Below are positions 27,214 to 33,002 of a DNA stretch of 33,002 bases, piece by piece. Origin of the DNA: Bacteroidales bacterium (GTDB taxonomy: Bacteria; Bacteroidota; Bacteroidia; Bacteroidales; UBA4181); the NCBI GenBank assembly GCA_031264715.1, contig JAISDP010000196.1:1-33002 (forward strand), written 5' to 3'. A model generated the notes under the pieces. That model had not been told where the DNA came from, did no database searches, and saw nothing but the letters and a program-made list of their open reading frames with translations. Each line of letters begins with the position of its first letter. Positions within the stretch are counted from its first letter, which is position 1. A program made the position numbers and the translations under genes.

Positions 27214-28797
27214 ATGCAGAAATTAGTATATACCGTTCTAATCTTCTTTTTACCCAGTCAATTTGCATTATCCGGACAGGGTTCGAATAACGTTCATATT
27301 TCCGTTGCATCCGGCGCTGTAACCGGTGGCGAAAAAGTTATATATTACAGCGAATACGGAGCTGTGGGCGACGGCGTAACCGACGACTTTGACGCAATCA
27401 TCAAGGCTCATGCCGAAGCGAATGAGGCGGGACTGAAAGTGAGCGCCGACGCGGGCGCAACATACTATATTGGCGGGGCGGACAAAACCGCCTTGATACA
27501 GACTGATACCGACTGGGGCGATGCCAGGTTCATTATCGACGACACGAAAGTCGAAAACCGGAATGTGCAGATATTCAAGCTTTCGTCCAAACTTCCCCCG
27601 ATTCAGGTAACGACCGTGAAAACGCTTGGAAAAAACCAGAAGAAGCTCGATCTGTCGCTTCCGTATCGCTCATTTATAACAGTAACCGACAATACGACAA
27701 AACGCTATATACGCTTTGGATTGAACCAGGACACAGGCTCTTCCCAGACGGACGCATTTGTCGTCGACAAAAAGGGAAAAGTAGATATGAAAGCCCCGAT
27801 CATATGGGACTTTAACAATATCAGCACGATGACGGCTTACCCGATCGACGCCAAAATACTGACCATTCGCGGAGGACATTTCACGACCGTTGCCAATCAG
27901 GATGAATCACGGTACACGTACTATTCCAGAGGCATTGGCGTAATGCGTTCCAATGTGGTAATCGACGGGGTCAGTCACGTGATCACGGGAGAACTTGATC
28001 ACGGCGCTCCGTATGGCGGTTTCCTTACAATATCGAATTGCACCGGCGTGACGGTGCAAAACTGCAAGTTGTCGGGACACAAGACCTATGTTACCATTGG
28101 CGCGGCAAATGCGCCGGTTTCGATGGGATCCTACGACATATCGGTTGGCAGGTCTACCAATGTGACATTCAAAAACTGTAAACAGATAAACGATATACAT
28201 GACACGAAATTATGGGGAATTTTCGGCTCGAACTATTCAAAAAATATTACATTCGATGCGGTAGAGTTTTCACGCTTCGATGCGCACATGGGTGTGGTAA
28301 ACGCGACAATAAAAAATTCGATTCTCGGACACCAGGGCATCAATATCATAGGGAGCGGCGTATTCCTCATAGAGAACACCAAAGTGTGCGCGACGAACTT
28401 CATAAATTTGCGCAGCGACTATGGCAGCACGTTTGAAGGCGAGTTCATTATAAAAAATTGCGAATATGTTCCGCGCAACGCTGCACAGTCCGATGCTGTC
28501 CTGATAAGTGGCAGCTATTCGGGCAAGCATGATTTCGGGTATACGTGCCATATGCCGCGAAAAATAACGATTAACGGTCTTGTAATAAACGATAGCAACC
28601 CTGTCGACAACTACCGGGGACCGAAAATTTTTGCACCTTTCAACAATGAGTATACGAGTGAAGCATATGAAGAAAAATACCCTTATGTAATCACCAGGGA
28701 AGTTGAAATACGAAATATGACCGTCAAAAGCGGTAAAAAATATCTCATAAGCAACAATCCGTTTATGTTCCGGAACGTCCGGATAACGGAACGATAA
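27214..28797 (+). CDS. Secreted right-handed beta-helix protein, putative polysaccharide hydrolase or lyase
   Basis: Signal peptide from ATG 27214 (MQKLVYTVLIFFL), YSEYGAVGDGVTDDFDAIIKAH, and beta-helix rungs (ISNCTGVTVQNC, NVTFKNC, NITFD, RFDAH). Confidence 0.75.
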   Translation: MQKLVYTVLIFFLPSQFALSGQGSNNVHISVASGAVTGGEKVIYYSEYGAVGDGVTDDFDAIIKAHAEANEAGLKVSADAGATYYIGGADKTALIQTDTDWGDARFIIDDTKVENRNVQIFKLSSKLPPIQVTTVKTLGKNQKKLDLSLPYRSFITVTDNTTKRYIRFGLNQDTGSSQTDAFVVDKKGKVDMKAPIIWDFNNISTMTAYPIDAKILTIRGGHFTTVANQDESRYTYYSRGIGVMRSNVVIDGVSHVITGELDHGAPYGGFLTISNCTGVTVQNCKLSGHKTYVTIGAANAPVSMGSYDISVGRSTNVTFKNCKQINDIHDTKLWGIFGSNYSKNITFDAVEFSRFDAHMGVVNATIKNSILGHQGINIIGSGVFLIENTKVCATNFINLRSDYGSTFEGEFIIKNCEYVPRNAAQSDAVLISGSYSGKHDFGYTCHMPRKITINGLVINDSNPVDNYRGPKIFAPFNNEYTSEAYEEKYPYVITREVEIRNMTVKSGKKYLISNNPFMFRNVRITER

Positions 28798-28851
28798 TAA
28801 ATAAGCATCTTTTTTAAGCCTGAAAGTAGAATTAACCAAACATATATCGAA

Positions 28852-30801
28852 ATGAACCGACATTTTACCATCCTTCTTTCCTTTCTCTTTTCCTGTAATC
28901 TGTTCGCCCAGGATCAGAACCTGATAAGCGGAAAATATTCGCTGCAGGAACTTCAAAGCATCCTTGTAACGCAGGCCGAATGGACGCCTTTCCCGCGCCT
29001 GGACGATCGTGAAAACTGGTCGAAGGCCGACCGGAAGATAATGCAGTCTTACATAAAAGCCGCCGAAAGTTACATGGACTACGATTGGCCGACTATTCCC
29101 GCAACCTATTCACTCCTGATTGTCCGTACGGGTGACAGGGATGAATATCAAAGGGTCAGTTTCAGGAAACGTTCCGTATTGGGGACGATGATTCTGGCCG
29201 AAATTGCTGAAAACAAAGGACGGTTTATCGACCAGATGATCAATGGTATATGGTCGATCTGCGAGGAATCGTGGTGGGGCGTACCTGCACATCTTCCCAA
29301 AACCGGAGAGCTATCGGGATTGATGGATGTTACGGAACCTTTTGTTGATTTGTTTGCCGCTGAAACAGGTGTTTTTCTGGCCTGGGCGGATTATTTTTTC
29401 GGTGAAAAGTTTGATGCTGTTTCTCCCCAGATACGCAAAAGAATATACAACGAAGTAAACTACCGGCTGATGCAGCCTCTGATGAAGAAACATCACTGGT
29501 GGATGGGAAAAAGCGACAGCGGTTCGCCGCCCAACAACTGGAATCCCTGGATATGTTCCAACTGGATAAATTTTGTACTGTTGCTGGAAAAAGACAATGC
29601 AAAGCGTGCAGAAATGATAGGCAAAACCTTGAAAGTGCTGGATGAATTTATGAATCCGTATCCGCAGGATGGCGGTTGTGATGAAGGTCCCAGCTACTGG
29701 GGAGCGGCGGCGGCGTCTTTGTACGACAATATCTCACTGCTTAACCTGGCAACCAATGATGCCTTCCGGTATGTCTACAAGGATGAAAAATTCAAGGATA
29801 TGGGACGTTTTATCTATCGGGCGCAGATCAGCGAAGCGTATTTCCTTAACTTCGCCGACGCAGACCCGACGCCGGGAATGGCCGCCAACATGATCTACCG
29901 GTATGGGAAGGATATTCAGGATCAGGACATGATGGATTTCGGCGCATATTACCGGAAACCCGTAACAGGCGGGGTGGGAAGTTCACATTACTTCCGCCAT
30001 TTTTTTGCGTTATTCATGCAGGAAGAATTTTGGAATGTCACGCAACGTCTTCCCCTGCCAAAAGATGTATGGTTACCCGATTTGCAGGTAGCCGTGGCGC
30101 GTGACAATGAAGGGTCTGCCAAAGGATTTTATGTGGCAACCAAAGGTGGACATAACGCAGAAAGCCACAATCATAACGATATCGGTAATTATGTGGTGTA
30201 TTACGACGGCCAGCCGTTACTGATCGATGTCGGGAGGGGAACTTATACTGCCAGGACATTCAGTGACAGGAGATACGACATATGGTACAATTGTTCGGAT
30301 TACCATAATGTGCCCACTGTCAATACCATTACCCAGCGTCCGGGAAAATCATTCCGGGCAACGGAGGTGAATTACAGGAAAGGCAAATCCTCCGTAGAGT
30401 TCGGACTCGACATTGCTAAAGCCTATCCTGAGGATGCGGGGATAAACAGTTGGAAACGTACTGTTACCCTGAACCGTAATAAAAACGTCATCATTAAGGA
30501 TGTAGCCCATTTGCAGAAAGCCAACAGCATCATCCAGCACATGATGGTCTGTTATCCTGCCAAAGAGACAAAGCCGGGTGAAATCACGATTTTCTATACC
30601 GACAAGGCCGGGGAAAATATAGATTTTATCGTGAAATACGATCCGAAGAAGATGCGGGTGCAGATTGAAAAAATAAAACTGGAAACCGAAGAGGACAAAG
30701 GTATCCGGTCAAAATGGGGAGATGTCATCCACCGGATCAATTTTGAAGTCATTGCACCCAAAACGAAGGATATTTTTGTGTTTGAGATCAGGAAAAACTG
30801 A
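28852..30801 (+). CDS. Heparinase II/III-fold polysaccharide lyase (tentatively PL33-like)
   Basis: Signal peptide, ICEESWWGVPAH, VDLFAAET, NNWNPWI, DGGCDEGPSYW, NFADA, KGGHNAESHNHNDIG, SDYHNVPTVN. The PL family is from recollection of motifs. Confidence 0.85.
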   Translation: MNRHFTILLSFLFSCNLFAQDQNLISGKYSLQELQSILVTQAEWTPFPRLDDRENWSKADRKIMQSYIKAAESYMDYDWPTIPATYSLLIVRTGDRDEYQRVSFRKRSVLGTMILAEIAENKGRFIDQMINGIWSICEESWWGVPAHLPKTGELSGLMDVTEPFVDLFAAETGVFLAWADYFFGEKFDAVSPQIRKRIYNEVNYRLMQPLMKKHHWWMGKSDSGSPPNNWNPWICSNWINFVLLLEKDNAKRAEMIGKTLKVLDEFMNPYPQDGGCDEGPSYWGAAAASLYDNISLLNLATNDAFRYVYKDEKFKDMGRFIYRAQISEAYFLNFADADPTPGMAANMIYRYGKDIQDQDMMDFGAYYRKPVTGGVGSSHYFRHFFALFMQEEFWNVTQRLPLPKDVWLPDLQVAVARDNEGSAKGFYVATKGGHNAESHNHNDIGNYVVYYDGQPLLIDVGRGTYTARTFSDRRYDIWYNCSDYHNVPTVNTITQRPGKSFRATEVNYRKGKSSVEFGLDIAKAYPEDAGINSWKRTVTLNRNKNVIIKDVAHLQKANSIIQHMMVCYPAKETKPGEITIFYTDKAGENIDFIVKYDPKKMRVQIEKIKLETEEDKGIRSKWGDVIHRINFEVIAPKTKDIFVFEIRKN

Positions 30802-30873
30802 TCCGGCATGAATATCCATCGGAAAATTAGCTGTAACGTAAGTATCACACATAAATTCATAATTTTATCACAC

Positions 30874-32742
30874 ATGAAAAGAATCGCCATTATTATCGTA
30901 ATCCTGTTTTTGCCGGCGTTTTTCGTTCAGGCGCAGTTGAAATATCTACAGGACGTAAAGAACCTTCCTCCCCATCCGAGGATTCTGCTGTTTGAAGGAG
31001 AAGAGCAACAGATCAAAAACAACATTGCAGCCGACCAGTCCCGGGCAAAAATACACCAGGCAATTATTGCCGAATGTGACAGGATCATCGCCAGTCCCGT
31101 TTTGGAAAGGAAGCAGGAAGGTCGCCGGCTTTTAGGCGTTGCCCGGGAAGCGCTCCGGCGGATATTTTACCTCTCCTACGCATACAGGATGGAACAGCAG
31201 GAAAAATACCTGCGCCATGCCGAAGAAGAAATGCTGGCCATTGCCGGGTTTTCCGACTGGAATCCGTCGCATTTCCTGGATGTGGCCGAGATGACCATGG
31301 CCATGGCCATCGGCTATGACTGGCTGTACGCGTCTCTGTCCGAAACATCGCGGGGAAAAATAAAGGGAGCCATCCTGGATAAAGGCATTGACCCGTCATT
31401 GAATACAGGTTATGCCTGGTTCCTGAAAGCAAAGCATAATTGGAATCAGGTATGCAACGCGGGAATTACCTATGGCGCGCTGGCCGTTTACGAAGAAATG
31501 CCCGAACTTTGCAAACTGGTGATCGACAGGGCTATTGAAACTATTCAACTGCCGATGAATGATTATGCCCCGGATGGCGCTTATCCCGAGGGTTATGGCT
31601 ACTGGGAATACGGCACAAGTTTTAATGTGATGTTCCTGAGCGCCATTGAAAAACTGCTCAATTCCGATTTCAAGCTTTCCGAAGCGCCCGGGTTTATGAA
31701 AACAGCGGAATATCTGGAACACATGTCAGGACCTTTCAATCTCTGTTTTAATTATGCCGACAATGGCCTGGGAGGAAATTTAAGTCCCGCCATTTTTTGG
31801 TTTTCATCCAAATTGAATGACCCCTCGTTATTATGGAATGAAAAGACTTATTTGCAGAGTGACAGGAGATTTACGGGAAACCGCCTGTTGCCGGCAATGA
31901 TGCTGTGGGGGAGTCATCTCAAGGTGGATAATATACCGGCGCCCAAAAAATTATTATGGGTAGGACAGGGGGTAACGCCTGTTGCTTTGATGCGTACTTC
32001 GTGGACGGATCCCAATGCGATCTATGCAGGTTTCAAGGGTGGCACAGCATCCAGCAACCATGCCCACATGGATGCCGGATCGTTCGTCATGGATGCGGAT
32101 GGTGTCCGTTGGGCATCCGATTTCGGCGCAGAAAACTATAACTCATTGGAGACAAAAGGAGTGGATTTATGGAACAGCAGTCAAAATTCACAGCGATGGC
32201 AAGTGTTTCGTTACAACAACAGGGCGCACAACACGCTGACTGTAGATGATCAGTTGCATGTCGTCAAAGGTTATGCGAATATACGCTCGGCTTCATCTTC
32301 CCCTGACTTTATGAATGTTACTTCCGACCTGAAAGAGATATATGACGGGCAGTTATCCGAAGCAGTACGCGGAATTGCTATTGTTGACAAACAATATGTC
32401 GTTGTAAGGGATGAAATCAAAACACTGGACAAAGAGAGCGTCATCCGGTGGACGATGCTCACCACTGCCGATGCGAAGATTACCGGTTCGAACAGAATAG
32501 AGCTGAGAAAAGACGGAAAGAGATTGAAACTGGAAGTTGCCGAGCCGTCCAAAATAACCATGAAGACGTGGACTTCCAAATCACCCAACGACTTTGATTC
32601 GCCAAATCCCGGCACTGTACTGATCGGGTTTGAGGTAAAAGTTCCTGCCAATACCGAAATCACTTTACTCGTAAAGTTAATTCCGCAAAGCGCAAAGAAA
32701 ACAACAGCTAAAATACCGGCATTAAATCAGTGGCCGAAATAA
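30874..32742 (+). CDS. Heparinase II/III-fold polysaccharide lyase with DUF4962-like N-terminus (tentatively PL35-like)
   Basis: Signal peptide from ATG 30874, HPRILL, WNPSHFLDVAEM, GYDWLY, NWNQVCNAG, PDGAYPEGYGYWEYG, HAHMDAGSFV, AHNTLTVD. The PL family is from recollection of motifs. Confidence 0.85.
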   Translation: MKRIAIIIVILFLPAFFVQAQLKYLQDVKNLPPHPRILLFEGEEQQIKNNIAADQSRAKIHQAIIAECDRIIASPVLERKQEGRRLLGVAREALRRIFYLSYAYRMEQQEKYLRHAEEEMLAIAGFSDWNPSHFLDVAEMTMAMAIGYDWLYASLSETSRGKIKGAILDKGIDPSLNTGYAWFLKAKHNWNQVCNAGITYGALAVYEEMPELCKLVIDRAIETIQLPMNDYAPDGAYPEGYGYWEYGTSFNVMFLSAIEKLLNSDFKLSEAPGFMKTAEYLEHMSGPFNLCFNYADNGLGGNLSPAIFWFSSKLNDPSLLWNEKTYLQSDRRFTGNRLLPAMMLWGSHLKVDNIPAPKKLLWVGQGVTPVALMRTSWTDPNAIYAGFKGGTASSNHAHMDAGSFVMDADGVRWASDFGAENYNSLETKGVDLWNSSQNSQRWQVFRYNNRAHNTLTVDDQLHVVKGYANIRSASSSPDFMNVTSDLKEIYDGQLSEAVRGIAIVDKQYVVVRDEIKTLDKESVIRWTMLTTADAKITGSNRIELRKDGKRLKLEVAEPSKITMKTWTSKSPNDFDSPNPGTVLIGFEVKVPANTEITLLVKLIPQSAKKTTAKIPALNQWPK

Positions 32743-32754
32743 ATTCAAACGAAA

Positions 32755-33002
32755 CCATGACGGGATTTGGTCGAATGATGGAACGTTACCTGAGGGGTCT
32801 ACCGATATGCCATCCCTGACGGGATTTCCGCTACGGGGAAAAACAGGCGGTGCACGTTTTTCTACCGATCTGTCATCCCTGACGGGATTTCGCCGAATGA
32901 TGGAACGTTCCCCGTCAGGGGAACCATATCAATAGAAAAACGTGCACCGACACCCGAACCAAAACCTCGTAGAGGTTTCACATGATGAATCTCCTACGGA
33001 GA
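32755..33002. repeat. REP/REPIN-like mosaic of ATCCCTGACGGGAT hairpins
   Basis: CTACCGAT-N4-CATCCCTGACGGGATTT occurs at 32799-32827 and 32862-32890, with an inverted variant CCCCGTCAGGGG...ATATCAATAG near 32910-32935. There is a long IR, GGTGCACGTTTTTCTA (from 32849) / TAGAAAAACGTGCACC (to 32948), and GAATGATGGAACGTT occurs twice. Confidence 0.8.

Overview
Bacteroidales-type chromosomal window (Bacteroidetes TAnnTTTG -7 promoter boxes, SusC/SusD genes). The left ~14.6 kb is housekeeping and envelope: the 3' end of an AMP-dependent ligase, an AsmA-family protein, a small outer-membrane beta-barrel, a long-chain acyl-CoA ligase, a Spy/CpxP-like protein, a beta-helix lipoprotein, ribF, ahcY, a DUF4249-like lipoprotein, lpxB, galU and a GHMP kinase with glucuronokinase-like motifs. 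The right ~18 kb is a polysaccharide utilization locus (PUL): an ECF sigma factor with no adjacent anti-sigma, two tandem susC/susD pairs, a surface lipoprotein, a secreted beta-helix protein and two heparinase II/III-fold lyases. The leading candidate for an undescribed system is the glucuronokinase-like kinase plus GalU pair, a possible bacterial UDP-glucuronate salvage route, transcribed divergently from a PUL for uronic-acid polysaccharides and followed by an LpxB that looks alphaproteobacterial. Also notable are two unrelated 7-copy, ~23-bp-period arrays with palindromic cores, each upstream of a beta-helix gene, and several REP-like hairpin clusters. All family calls come from motifs recognised by eye; no database searches were run. 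No rRNA, tRNA, CRISPR or transposase was recognised.
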